The position numbers were made by a program, and so were the translations under genes. DNA of 64,000 bases from Hypanus sabinus (taxonomy: Eukaryota). The notes under the pieces are model-generated. The model was given only the letters and a program-made list of their open reading frames with translations, searched no databases and was not told where the DNA came from. Below are positions 1-12,034 of the stretch, one piece after another. How positions within the stretch are numbered: position 1 is the stretch's first letter; the number at the start of each line of letters is the position of its first letter. The stretch spans positions 12,400,001-12,464,000 of the forward strand of contig NC_082734.1 in assembly GCF_030144855.1 (NCBI RefSeq), written 5' to 3'.

Positions 1-1869
1 CAGACATCAAAAACCAAGTAGGAGAGGTCAGTGGAGAGAATTGGAGTGAAGGAGAAAATAGAAATGGGGACAACTTCATTCCAGTACAGATGGGAAGAGG
101 CAGGAGGAGCCAAAGATAGGCCAGGGAGAAAATCAGGCCAGCGTAGCTAAAGCGGGCTTCCTCTTTACCTGCGGAAGGAACAGAGTGTGCCTCCAGATCT
201 GATAGTACCATCGGTGATAAGAGGCAGACGATGGGAACTAACACCGTACTGAAAGCTTGTAATTACTAACAAAATTCGAAAACTGGGCCAAGGTCTTGCA
301 AGAGTGGGGCAAGGTGGAATGAAGTGCTCTTCTTTATAAAGTGGGAAAAACATACTACAGAGAAGAACAAAAAAAATGGAGCAACACACACAGAACACTG
401 GAGGAGCTCAGCAGGTCAGGCAGCCTCTGTGGAAAAGAGTAAACCGTGTAAGTTTCGGGCTGAGACCCTCAATCAGGACTGGAAAGGAGTCAGTCTAAGA
501 AGGTGGAGGGAGGGGAGGAGGAAGTACAAGGTGGCAGGTGAAACTGGAGGGGAGAGGGAGTGAAGTAAAGAGCTGGGGTTGATTAGTGAAAGAGATAAAA
601 GGTTGGAAGAGAGGGAATCTGATAGGAGAGGGTAAAAGACCATGGAAGAAAGGGAAGGGGGAGGGGCACCAGAGGGAGACAATGGGCAGGTAAGGAGATG
701 AGGTGAGAGAGGGAAATGGGAATGGTGAAGGAGAAAGGGACGTAATTACTGGAGGTTTACTCAATATTCATGCCATCAGGTTGGAAACCACCAAGGCAGA
801 ATTTAAGGAGGATTTAAGGCTCCTCCAAACTGAGGAGCAAAAAAAAAATCACCATCAGAAAAACGTAATGTGTCGATCTGCATCCACAGAGACAGTCTGG
901 ACCCTGAATTGGGACTATAAGGGAAAAGGAAAGTCTGCTGGTATATAGCATGATGGGTTGGGGATGGGATGGAGGCTGGGAGCCGATCGGTGGAACCAGA
1001 TGGGGAAAGGATGAAGGACAGGTGGACCCATGTGGGTGGGGGAGGGGGGAAGGGGGAGGGGAGGCTGGGCATTTAGACAAAGGCTGGTAGGTGCAACCTG
1101 AAAGGGAAGTGGGAAGGGGAGTGTGTGTGGAGGTACAGTGAGGGTGGGAGAATCTCAAATTGGAATATTTAATGTTCATACCAATGGGTTATAAGCTAGC
1201 AAATTGGAATACGAGATGTTCTTCTTCTGGTCTGTGTTCAGCTTCTCCACAGTAATGGCGAAGGCAGAGGTGTGGGAATGGGAAGGAGTGTTTAAAGTGA
1301 CTTGTGACTGGAGGCTGCCATCTCAAACTTGCATATACTATCATTCTTTAAACAAGTTTCAAGAAACACACTGATCTTCTCCTTTTGTTCACTTTTCCCA
1401 CCCTCACTACCTCCTTAACACTGATGCACCAGTGTCCCTCTCGTTACTCACACAGCCTCGCCCTAAACCTCGACTTACAGCTTTTGGCTCGACAGATGCT
1501 GCCTGACCTGCTGAATTCTTCCCGTGGTCTGTTTTTCTTCCAGACTGTAGCATCGGCACTTTCTTTTACGACACACATGCATGTGACTAAACTGCTACTG
1601 CCATTTGCTGTGCACTCAATGATTACAAACCATTGGCTGTGGGAAATTGCAGAGACAAGCAGGTGTAACCGTTGTGGCCAGTGAAATAGCAGGGAAGGGA
1701 TGGGTTTGAACCCATATCCTGTATTTTTAGCTGATGCTGCACCAGCGTTTCTGAAACACTTTCAGCACAGCCGCCCAGGAAAGCGCACTGGAGTACACCA
1801 GGAGTAGTGGGATGCAGTGTCCAAGCTGGGGTTGATGCTGCCCCAGTATTAGCTCAGCAGAAGACAAAC

Positions 1870-4660
1870 CATGCAAAAGGCACAAGATGCTGGGGGAGCT
1901 CAGCAGGCTAGGCAGTGCCTACAAAAAAGAGTAAGCAGTCGACATTTCAGACCAAGGCCCCTTTGTCTGGACTGGTAAAAAAAGATGAGGAGTCAGACTA
2001 AGAAATTGGAGGGGGGAAGAGGAGGATGAAACCACGAGGGGTGAAGTAAAGAGCTGGGAAGTAGATTGGTGAAAGAGATAAAAGGTTGGAAGAGAGGCAA
2101 TCTGATAGGAGGGGGTAAAAAAACCATGGAAGAAAGGGAAGGGGGAGGAACACCAGAGGGAGGTGATGGGCAGGTAAGGAGATAAAGTGAAGGGTGGGGG
2201 AATGGGAAATAGTGAAGGGTGGCGGGGGGGGGGGGCGGTCATTAACAGAAGCTTGAGAAATCGATATTCATGCCATCAAGTTAGAGGCTACCCAGATGGA
2301 ATACAAGATGTTGATCCTCCAACCTGAGCATGGCTTCATCGTGGCAGCAGAGGAGGCCATGGGCTGACTGCGGGAGTACAAGGAAGATTCACCAGATTGA
2401 TTCCTGGGATGGCAGGACTTTCATATGAAGAAAGACTGGATCAACTAGGCTTATATTCACTGGAATTTAGAAGATTGAGGGGGGGATCTTATTGAAATGT
2501 ATAAAATTCTAAAGGGTTTGGACAGGCTAGCTGCAGGAAGATTGTTTCCGATGTTGGGGAAGTCCAGAACGAGGAGTCACAGTTTAAGGATAAAGGAGAA
2601 GCCTTTTAGGACCGAGATGAGGAAAAACTTCTTCACACAGAGAGTGGTGAATCTGTGGAATTCTCTGCCACAGGAAACAGTTGAGGCCGGTTCATTGGCT
2701 ATATTTAAGAGGAAGTTAGATATGGCCCTTGTGGCTAAAGGGATCGGGGGTATGGAGAGAAAGCAGGTACAGGGTTCTGAGTTGGATGATCAGCCATGAT
2801 CATACTGAATGGCGGTGCAGGCTCGAAGGGCTGAATGGCCTACTCCTGCACCTATTTTCTATGTTTCTATATCGCAATGGGAATGGGAAGTGGAATTAAA
2901 AATGTGTAGTCGCTAAGAGATCCTGCTTCTTCTGGTGGACAGCGTAGGTGCTTAGTGAAACGGTCTCTCAATCTGCACTGGGTCTTCCCAATATACAGGA
3001 GGCCACACTGGCAGCACTGGACACAGTAGATGACCCCAACAGGCTCACAGGTCGCCTCACCTGGCAGGACTGTTTGGGGCACTGAATGGTGGTGAGGGAG
3101 GAGGTGTAGGGGCAGGTGTTCCACTTGCAAGGAAAAGAACCAGGAGAGAGATCAGTGGGGAGGGATGAATGGACAAGGAAACAGATAGGGAGTGATCCCC
3201 GCGAAAAGCAGAAAGTGGGGGGGAGGAAGGGAAAGATGAGCTGGGTAGTGGGATCCCGCTGGAGATGGCAGAAGTTATGGAAAATTATGTGCTGGATGCA
3301 GAGGCAGGTGGGATAGCGGGGAGGATGGGGTTAGGGCAGACGTGTGTGAAATGGAAGAGATGTGGTTGAGGGCAGCATTAATTCTTCATTTAGAACCACA
3401 AAACAATAGAACATTACAGCACAGAAACGGGCATAGATAGAGCGAATGCAAGCAGGCTTTTTCCACTGAGGCTAAGGGAGAAAAAAACCAGAGGACATGG
3501 GTTAAGGGTGAAGGGGGAAAAGTTTAAAGGGAACATTAGTGGGGGCTTCTTCACACAGAGAGTGGTGGGAGTGTGGAATGAGCTGCCAGATGAAGTGGTA
3601 AATGCGGGCTCACTTTTAACATTTAAGGAAAAACTTGGACTATTTCATTGAAGGAGGAGGATATCTCCTTAGTTCTGGAATTAAAAATCTCATCCTGACA
3701 GCAGATGTGGCTGAGATTGAGGAATTGAGAGAAGGGGATGACATTTTTTTTTACAAGTAACAGGGAGGGAAGAGGTATGGTCCAGGTAGCTGTGAGAGTC
3801 TGTGGGTTTATAATAGACATCGGTGGATAAGCTGTCTCCAGAGATTGAGACAGAGAGACCGAGAAAGGGGAGGGAGGTGTCAGAAATGGACCAGGTAAAT
3901 TTGAGGACAGGGTGGAAGTTGCAGGCAAAGTTGATAAAGTCAACGAGTTCTGCATGGGTGCAGGAAGCAACCCCAGTGCAGACGTCAATGTAGTGTAGGA
4001 AAAGTTGGGGAGCAATACTGTTGTAGGCTTAGAACACAGATTGTCCCACATAGCCAACAAACAGGCAGGCATTGCTGGGACCCATGCGAGTGCCCATGTT
4101 TGAAGGAACATGTTTACCCTTTTGTTTGAAGGAAGTAGGAGGGTCCGAAGGAGAAATTATTTAGAATGAGGACAAGTTCCATTCAGCAGAGGAGAGTGGG
4201 GATGAAGGGAACTGGTTGGGTCTGGTGTCCGGAAAGAAATGGGAGAACCTTGAGCCTTCCTGGTGGGAGATGGTGAAAATAAGGCGATCGGAGCCAGGGA
4301 ACTTGAAATCACTGAAAGGATCAGGATCGTGTGAAATGTCACGGATTTAGGTAGGAAGGGTCTGAACTGGAGGGATAAAACTGAGTTGAGGTATGCAGAT
4401 GTAAGTTCAGTGGGGCAGGAACAAGCAGAAACAATGGATCTACCTGGACAGGCGGGTTTGTGGAGCTTGGGTAGGAGGGAGAAAACTGGGAGGTGTGGCG
4501 TGAGGGAACTATGAGGTTGGTGGCAGTGGATGGGAGATCCCCAGAGTTAGTTGTCAGTGATGGTGTGGAGACAATGGCCTGGTGCCCCTTAGTGGGGTCC
4601 TGTTTGAGGGGTAAGAAAGAGGAGGTGTCTGACAGTTGTCACTGGGCATCAGCAAGATAG
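1870..4660 (-). mobile_element. Penelope-like element remnants (GIY-YIG and RT) with CR1 insertions
   Basis: VIYCVQCCQCGLLYIGKTQCRLRDRFTKHLR GIY-YIG motif (ORF 2867-3130); related terminal sequence recurs at ~380-790, ~24715-25190, ~54590-55170, ~58950-59620 and ~61200-61480. Confidence 0.7.
2371..2869 (+). mobile_element. CR1 LINE 3' end, relatively intact
   Basis: YKILKGLDRL..RKNFFTQRVVNLWNSLPQE ORF2 C-terminus followed by a (TTTCTAT)-type tail. Confidence 0.85.
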
Positions 4661-5824
4661 AAGAGTGGAGACAATCTAGTGTGTTCAGCTGCAGACTGCT
4701 GCAACATTCATGAACTCCAGGTCTTGGAATATTTTTTTCTGCATGACTGTATTTTACTGATACCTTGTATGTGCTATGTGTGCTTTGTGCTGTTGGTAAT
4801 GTGTTTTGCACCTTGGCTCCAAAGTAACACTGCTTCGTTTGGCTGTATTAATGAATATTTGTTCAGAGGGGCAGAGCTAAGGATGATGGCACCTAACAGC
4901 AACTCCCTTGCTTGCATTAGCTCTATTTCTAGCTTTAGTATCTCTTTTTTCTCTTTTCAGGGTTCTTTTGAAGACCTTGACCTGGAGTCACATGCTGATT
5001 TAGGTTCTTTGCAGAAATGGGACCCACTCCCAGGGCCTCACGACCGGCCGGTTTTCGATATGCCGAGGATGCGGCCTGGAAGACGAGCGTGCTTTCAGGG
5101 TGCCGGATTTCCGGGGCTCTGGAGACGGGCGGATTCGAGGCCGGTGCCGCTGCCTGATATGGCGTGGAAGAACACGGAAGATCGAAAGCAGTGAGCTGGC
5201 TGCCGGCTGTGTGCTCAGAGACCCGCGATCTTTAGGCACAGAGCTTGGAAAAAGCAACGCAACTGACTTTTAACATCGTTAATCAGCGAGTTGTTTTGTT
5301 ATGTCTCCCCTCTTGCTGTGAGACGGGGATACCTCCTTTTCCCTTATGTGAGTGCGAGTGAGAGAGAGCGAGCAAGCCTGTGGTACGTCGCATTACTGGG
5401 TGAACAAGTAGTCCTTGGGGTACTGTAAGTCTGTGTCTTTATTGATGCTTTGTTGCATGCTTGAGTGCTTGATGGGGAGCGCCTATGCTTTTTTGCTGGT
5501 GGGGGAGGGGGATCGTTGCTTGCTGCTGCTTACGCGTGGGAGGGGGGAGCTGGGGAGGCTTTGGGGTTCTAACATTTAACTGTCATTCATTCTTTGGGGC
5601 ATTCCTCTGTTTTTGTGGATGTTTGTGAAGAAAAAGAATTTCAGGATGTATATTATAAACATTTCTCTGACATCAAATGTACCTACTGAATATTCCTGTA
5701 AGGTTGAATGAAGGTTGACATTGAATGCATGAGGGTCAGACACCTGAGCCGGTTGGGGAGAGAAGGGGGACTAGTTTACAGAGGATAAAGAAATGTTCAA
5801 TATTTAGTTCTATTTGCACATTAC

Positions 5825-5980
5825 CTCAGTCCGACAAGTTCAAAGCATTGTCTTTCAAAGTGTTTTGAACAGAAATAGACAAACTGTGAGGATGGCTTCC
5901 AGGGAACAGTCCCATCCGGGTTCTTACGACAACAGTTCAATAACCAGATCTCACGCTGACTTTTTCCCTTCTTTGGCAAC
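5825..5980 (-). CDS. THAP7: THAP7-like, coding exon 2 (LPKKGKSQREIWLLNCCRKNPDGTVPWKPSSQFVYFCSKHFERQCFELVGL); gene continues toward or beyond the window start
   Basis: THAP domain core P..W..C..HF; FCSKHF..CFELVG matches THAP7. TTTGCAG acceptor, AG|GTAA donor, phase consistent with exon 1. Confidence 0.85.
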
Positions 5981-6106
5981 CTGCAAAGATCAGAACAATT
6001 GAAAAACGATATGGCAACGGTGTCCAAGGTTGCAGGTATGCTCGGGATGGTGGGAAGGGCAAGGTGTGTAGGAGGAGCAGAGGTGTCTTGGTGCAGCTGT
6101 ACTGAC

Positions 6107-6186
6107 CTGTGAAAGGTGATGCCATTAATTCTTGAATCCTTTGTGTCCCTGGATCGGCAGCCTTCGGCAGAGCAGTGACGAGGCAT
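6107..6186 (-). CDS. THAP7: THAP7-like, coding exon 1 (MPRHCSAEGCRSRDTKDSRINGITFHR)
   Basis: Matches the THAP7 N-terminus as recalled (MPRHCSAAGC..ISFHR). ATG at 6186 in GCCATG context, donor AG|GTCAGT, upstream acceptor TCTCAG at 6208-6209. Confidence 0.85.
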
Positions 6187-6879
6187 GGCAGGCAGGTTGG
6201 GTGTAGCCTGAGACAGATCAAGTAAGATTTTAGTAATGTTTTGATCCACATTCCTCCCAGTTCTAAATACTGGACGTTAAAACAGGACAAAGAAACAAGG
6301 GAGGGAATTGAGATGAGACGGAGCACTCAAGGAAGGGAAACAATGACAGTGGGCAAGGTGAAGAGGGGTGGCTGAAGAAGATGGGGCAAGGAGAGGGAGG
6401 AAAAGAGAGGGGGAGGAGGGGACTGGGAGGTGGGGATGAGTGACCAAATGATCAAAGGGAGAGGGGAAGAGCCAGACAGCTGAGATTTGGGTGGTAACAG
6501 TGGGGCAGTTCATGGGGGGGGGGCTGGTTTTGGAAGGGAATGGGTGGCAGGGAGAGAATGGGTTTGGATGGGGAGCAAGGAGAAAGGGTGTAGAAGGAGG
6601 CTGGAAGGGTGATTGAGGATGTGGGGGAGGGGTTGCCAGGACGATTTCGTCTTCCCGTGCCCCCTACCCTTCTGTGACTTTTGCTCCTCCTCCGTCTCTA
6701 CCCACCCCCGTCTTCCAAATCCCTTCTCCATTCTCCCGTGCCTCCTGGTCCCTCAGACAGCTTCCCCTCCCTTATGTAAACCTGCCTACACTCCCCACGT
6801 CCTACCACCACTGTCACCTTCTGCAGATCCTACCCGCAAATCCCTGCCCTTCCCTCCGCTTCTCATCCCCTCCCTCCCT

Positions 6880-7480
6880 GCCTGCGCGCTTTCTGCCTCA
6901 CTCTGTCCAGTCCGACCTCACAAAAATGGCGGCCACGTTCAATCCGAATGACGTCATCGACAAATGACGTGCCCTCTACCTCGACCCCAGCGCGCACCTC
7001 CGACCAGCTGGCGGCATGTGCGGCTGAGTTGAGGGAGGGGCGCATGCGCAATTTGCGGAGACGGCGGCTGACCCAACCCACGCGGCACGTTGCGCGATCG
7101 CGTCATCGCATCCCTGCCCCCGTCGGGCTGAGAGGTTGTCGATCCCGGACGACAAGAGGTGAGCGGCACTGGTGGAGCCCCTGCGGTGCGGCACCCCTCG
7201 TGTGAGGGGTGGCGGGCCGCCCGCATCGGCGTAGCGGGGGTGTTCCTGTGGGAGGTCGCCATCGGGAGAGAGCGGAGTTCGTTGCTTTGCGGTTCAGGGG
7301 TCAATGGTGCTGGGCAGCGAGAATGGGCCGTGCTCGGATAGGTCAGCAGCAGTCACGTGATGCCTTCCCCATAGCCTGCTGTAAGATTTAAAGGACCAAG
7401 ACCCACACCCGACAGCTGGCTGGCACAGTGAAATGGCCCGCAGTCTCTGCCCCTGATGCGGCCGCCGTAAATAGCCCATG
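6880..7480. promoter_or_regulatory. CpG-rich bidirectional promoter (THAP7-like / ZBTB45-like)
   Basis: CpG-dense. YY1 AAAATGGCGGC 6923-6933, CRE TGACGTCA 6949-6956, half-CRE 6965-6971, NRF1 GCGCATGCGC 7040-7049, E-box GTCACGTGA 7352-7360. Plus-strand donor GAG|GTGAGC at 7159 fits a non-coding first exon. Confidence 0.8.
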
Positions 7481-7982
7481 GTCCCAGCGCAGCCTGCCTT
7501 CTCAGACGGGCAGGTGCGGCCTCATCAGAAACGCCACTTCAGATTTCCCAAATGAACTTCAGCTCTTGCATTCGAGTGCTTTCTATTCACAGTTGATATT
7601 TGAGCCAGCGATTGTTTGGATCCAATCTCTATTTCTGATTCAATAGAGTACTTTTAGAATTTCAGCTGACCTTTGTGATTGTACCCATTTCAAGCTTGAT
7701 CGTGTACAAGGCTAGGCTTATTGTCTGACAGAATAGCGATCCATCGACCTGCATTAATAGAGCAATATATATTGATTAATGAAAATATTTTAATAGGAAA
7801 TTGTATTTTAATGATGTATTAGAATATGGAGCCTTGGTTAAACAACATCTCAAATATTGCATAAGGTTTTGGTTTCAGTGTCTAATACAGATGTCATACA
7901 GGGAGTGTAATGAAGATTCATCAGTTTGATTCTTGTTATAGCTGTATTACAGTAAGAAATGAGCTTGACGAGATGAGATCTA

Positions 7983-8849
7983 CACTCAGTGACCAATTTA
8001 TTAGGTATAGCAGTGAAACCCAGTGTGTTCTGCTGCTGTGGCTCATCCACTTCAAGGCTCAACATGTTGTGCATTCAGAGGTGCTCTTCTTCACAGCGCT
8101 GTTGTAATGCGTGGTTATTTGAGTTCTGTCAACTTCCTGTCAGCTTGAACCAGCCTGGCCATTCTTCTCTGACCTCTCATTAACAAGGCATTTTTGCCCA
8201 CAGAACTGACACTCACTGGATGTTTCTTTGTTTTTCGCACCATTCTTTGTAAGCTCTATAGACTGTAATGCATTAAAATCTCAGAAGATCAGCAGTTCCT
8301 GAGATACTCAAACCACCCCCTCTGGCACCAACTATCATTCCACGGTCAAAGTCACTTAGATCACACTAGTTCCCCATTCTGATGATTGGCTTGAACAACA
8401 AGTGAAACTCTTGATCATATCTGATACTCTTATGCATTGAGTTACTGCCAATATGATTGGCTGATTAGATATTTGCATTAATTAGCAGCTGTACCTAATA
8501 AAGTGTTCTTACTGCCCATTACGCTGTTGGTGTTTAGGGCAGCAATGAAGGTCCTCCATTTTCTGTCTGTTCAATGCTATCACACACAGTTAAAGAAGGA
8601 TTCTTCATTGCTGTTTCTGTAACAATTTTTTGACCAGTCATGGTTGTTACCTGAGCTGAATCCCCAACCCTGGAGGAACAGTGAATCACTCTTAGTCTGG
8701 CCTCTACCCTTTGACCTGTTTGGCATGGGTGACCCTACCAAGAGCCAAAGTACAAGGCCCTGACTCCAGCCAACATAGCTCTCCGGGTCATTGAGGCACA
8801 TAAGCCACAAGATTGTGGTCCTCTTGGAGAAATAAATGTCCACTGAGTG
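7983..8849. mobile_element. Tc1/mariner-type non-autonomous element with a nested RTE-derived insertion (~8508-8830)
   Basis: TA|CACTCAGTG...CACTGAGTG|TA; same family as 55343-55846. Confidence 0.75.
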
Positions 8850-10341
8850 TAAATTCTCTGGGGTAGAATGGGAGAGAAACACATTGAAACTTACCAAATT
8901 CTCAGAAGGCTAAAAGAGGGATATGGGGAAGATCTCTCTCCTGGCTGAGGAGTCCTAGACTCAGAATATGAGGGTAAGCAATTTGGGACTAGGTTAAGGA
9001 GAAATTACTTCACTCAGGGAGGTGTCTTACCTGGATGGCTGTGGAGGTTCAGTCATTGCGTTCACTCTAAAGACCGATCAGTGGGTTTCTGGTTATTATG
9101 GAAATAGGATTATTTTGGAAAGCTGGAACTGAAGTAGGAGCTATGCCATGATCCTGATCAATGGCTGAGTAAACTTTAAGGACCAAATGGGCTCCTCTTA
9201 ATTCTTGCATTATTATGGCAAGAATAGATTAAATAATGGAATTGTGGGAGAAGACATGTTTTGATTGAGGCTGAGCTGATCAGCAGAGGGAATATTTTAT
9301 ATGTAATGTCAGCAACTGTTAACCATTCAAATCATGTGTCACAGTTATGTCTTATTATTTGCAACACACTATTTAAAAATCTCATCAATATAAATAAAAC
9401 TAGTTCACATATTATGGGACTCTGACTTTTCCCTGAAAGGGTAATTCAGTAATTAATAGGCTGCTGTCCTTACTACAGTCTCACATACAAGATTGTTCAA
9501 TGTTATTTCCAGTACACAAGTGAAAAGGAGAACAAAAATAATTGTTACTCCGGGTCCGTGGAGTAATTTTAAGTTCCTGGGTGTCAATATGTCTGAGGAT
9601 CTAACCTGGTCCCACACATCAATGCAGCTAAAAAGAAGCAAGACAGTGGGTATGTTTCATCAGGAGCCTGAGGAAATTTCATTTGTCACTTAATACACTT
9701 GAAAATGCCTACAGATCTACAGTGGAGAGATATTCTAACTGCTGCATCACTGTATGGTATGGGGCAGGTGCTACTGCACAGGATTAAAAGAAGCCACAGA
9801 AAGTTGCAAAATTAATCAGCTCCATCTTGGGTACCAGCCTCCATAGTATCCAAGACAACTTCAAGGAGTGGTGCTTCAGAAAGGTGGCATTCATTACTAA
9901 GAACCCCCATCACCCAGGACATGCTCTCTTCTCATTGTTACTGTCAGGGAGGAGGTACAGAAACATGAAGGTACACAGTAATTCAGGAACATCTTCCCCT
10001 CTGCCGTCGGATTTCTGAGTAGACATTGAACCCATGAACACTACCTCACTTTTATGATAGTAATACATGCAAACTGCTGGAGGAGCTCAGCAGGCCAGGC
10101 AGCATCCATGGAAAAGAGTCCAGTCGACGTTTCAGGCCGAGACCCTTCAGTAGGAAGTTTTATTATCATCTGTTTTTGCACTTGTTTTAACTTAACTATT
10201 TAATATACAGTACATATATATGTTTACTGTAATCAATTTTTTTTTATATATATAAAATCATGTATTGCATTGTAGTGTTGCTGCTAAGTTAGCAAATTTC
10301 ACAACATATGCCAGTGATATTAAACCTAATTCTGATTCTGC

Positions 10342-10618
10342 AGCGTGTGGCCAGGTGGTAGCCTAGTGATCTGAATGTCGTGAGTTCGAGCCGCTGCCGA
10401 GGCAGCGTGTTGTGTCATTGAGCAAGGCACTTAACCACACACTGCTCCAGTCCACCCAGTTGAAAATGGGTACCGGCAAAATGCTGGGGGTTAACCTCTC
10501 AGTAGTCTGGCGTCCTATCCGGGGGGGGGGGGGGGGGTCTCGTACTCTCAGTCGCTTCACGCGACAGAAACAGGCATAAGCACCGGACTGATGAGCTTAT
10601 AAGGCTCGGGACAGACTT
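10342..10618 (+). mobile_element. tRNA-derived SINE
   Basis: A-box-like TGGCCAGGTGG and B-box GAGTTCGAGCC followed by a SINE-like body; other SINEs at ~17855-18120 and ~57385-57660. Confidence 0.6.
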
Positions 10619-10629
10619 TAAGTTTTGAT

Positions 10630-11310
10630 TCTGCAGCACAAAAAAAATACAATAATATTAAGAACACAATAATAAAAAATACAATAAATATAATTACATA
10701 AGATAGCTTACATACATAAACAGATTATCTGTCTGTAAGGTGATACTAGACTCAGGAGTGTCTGTACATAAGGTGACTGATGGAAACGATAAAGTAGTGG
10801 TGATTGGGGGTGTGGAGAGGTGGGTTAGTGGGTGAAGGTGTTGATCAGCCTTACTGATTGGGGAAAGTAACTGTTTTTGAGTCTGGTGGTCCTGGTGTGG
10901 ACACTACATAGCCTCCTCCCTGATGTGAGTGGGACAAACAGTCCCTAAGCAGGATGAATGGGATCCTTCATGATGTCACTGGTCCTTTTCCGGCACCTTT
11001 CTGTATATACGTCCTTGATGATGGGTAGCCTGGTGCCGATGATGTATTGGGCAGTTTTGACTATCCATTATGGAGCCTTGCTGTTAGGAACACTATGGCT
11101 TCTATACCACACAGTGATGCACCATGCTAGGATGCTCTGTTCTGCACATCTGTAGAAGGATGTGAGTATTGATGTGTATTGCCCAGCTCTCTTCAGCCTC
11201 CTCAGAAAGTACAGGTATTGCTGAGCTTTCTTGACTGTGTAAAATGTATTTCTGGGACAATAAGATTGTGCAAAATGTGCACTCCCAGGAGTTTGAAACT
11301 GCTGGATGTA
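10630..11310 (-). mobile_element. Rex1/Babar-like LINE 3' fragment (related copies at ~9560-10340 plus; ~17000-17470, ~26330-26880, ~53330-53750 minus)
   Basis: VKKAQQYLYFLRRLKRAG..ILTSFYRCAEQSILAWCITVWY C-terminal domain. Confidence 0.7.
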
Positions 11311-12034
11311 AAGAAGTGTGTGAGCGGATGTGTCATCATGTGGTTCCATCAGTTAGTGTCCAGTATGGCAGGGATTGAGGTTCAAGAAGTGTCATTTCAG
11401 GCCATATCTCAATATAAACAATGGCCTTAAAGGTTTCGGCCATAATAAATGGGATATTGCTGATCCAAACAGCTTGGTGAGCTGGGAATGGTGGAGTTGG
11501 GGTGAGGTTTTTACTTAAGATGGGCAGTTTATCGAAGTGGTGATCAGCAAATTAAATTGAGATGCCTTGTGGGGTGAAGTTTGATTTGTTAATAGTTGAT
11601 TTCAGGACTTGTTCTGTATCCAGCCTCTCTTTCCTTTGTGTGTCTCTCTCCCCACCTAGTTCACCTTTGCCCACTCCTTTCTCTATATCTACAGTCTCCC
11701 TTCCTATCTGCCCCACCACTGCCTCCCGTCCTCCCACCTCATGACTCTCTTCACTTGTGGGGAAGGTAGTGTTGAGTTTTTAGGTAAATGATCTTTGGAG
11801 AATATGAAGCTTTCACGCACTGAAAAGAAGGTGAAGAAGGAGCCTGTCATCACTTTTATAGAGTTCTTGGATGTTCACGTGAAAGGTCATGTGGAAGTAC
11901 ATGTCTAGTGCTGGGTGATGGGGGGGCAGTCTAGGTGGCTCATTTACGATAGGCAGAGAGTTACCAGTGGTAAATTTTCTGTGATTTCTATGGTTGTGTT
12001 TTGCAGGTTGAGTTCTGCAGTGTGACAGAGCAGA

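Noticed and set aside
4679-5257. 171-aa and 85-aa ORFs
   Set aside because: They lie within a repeat-like segment ending in a LINE-type tail and have no protein motifs.
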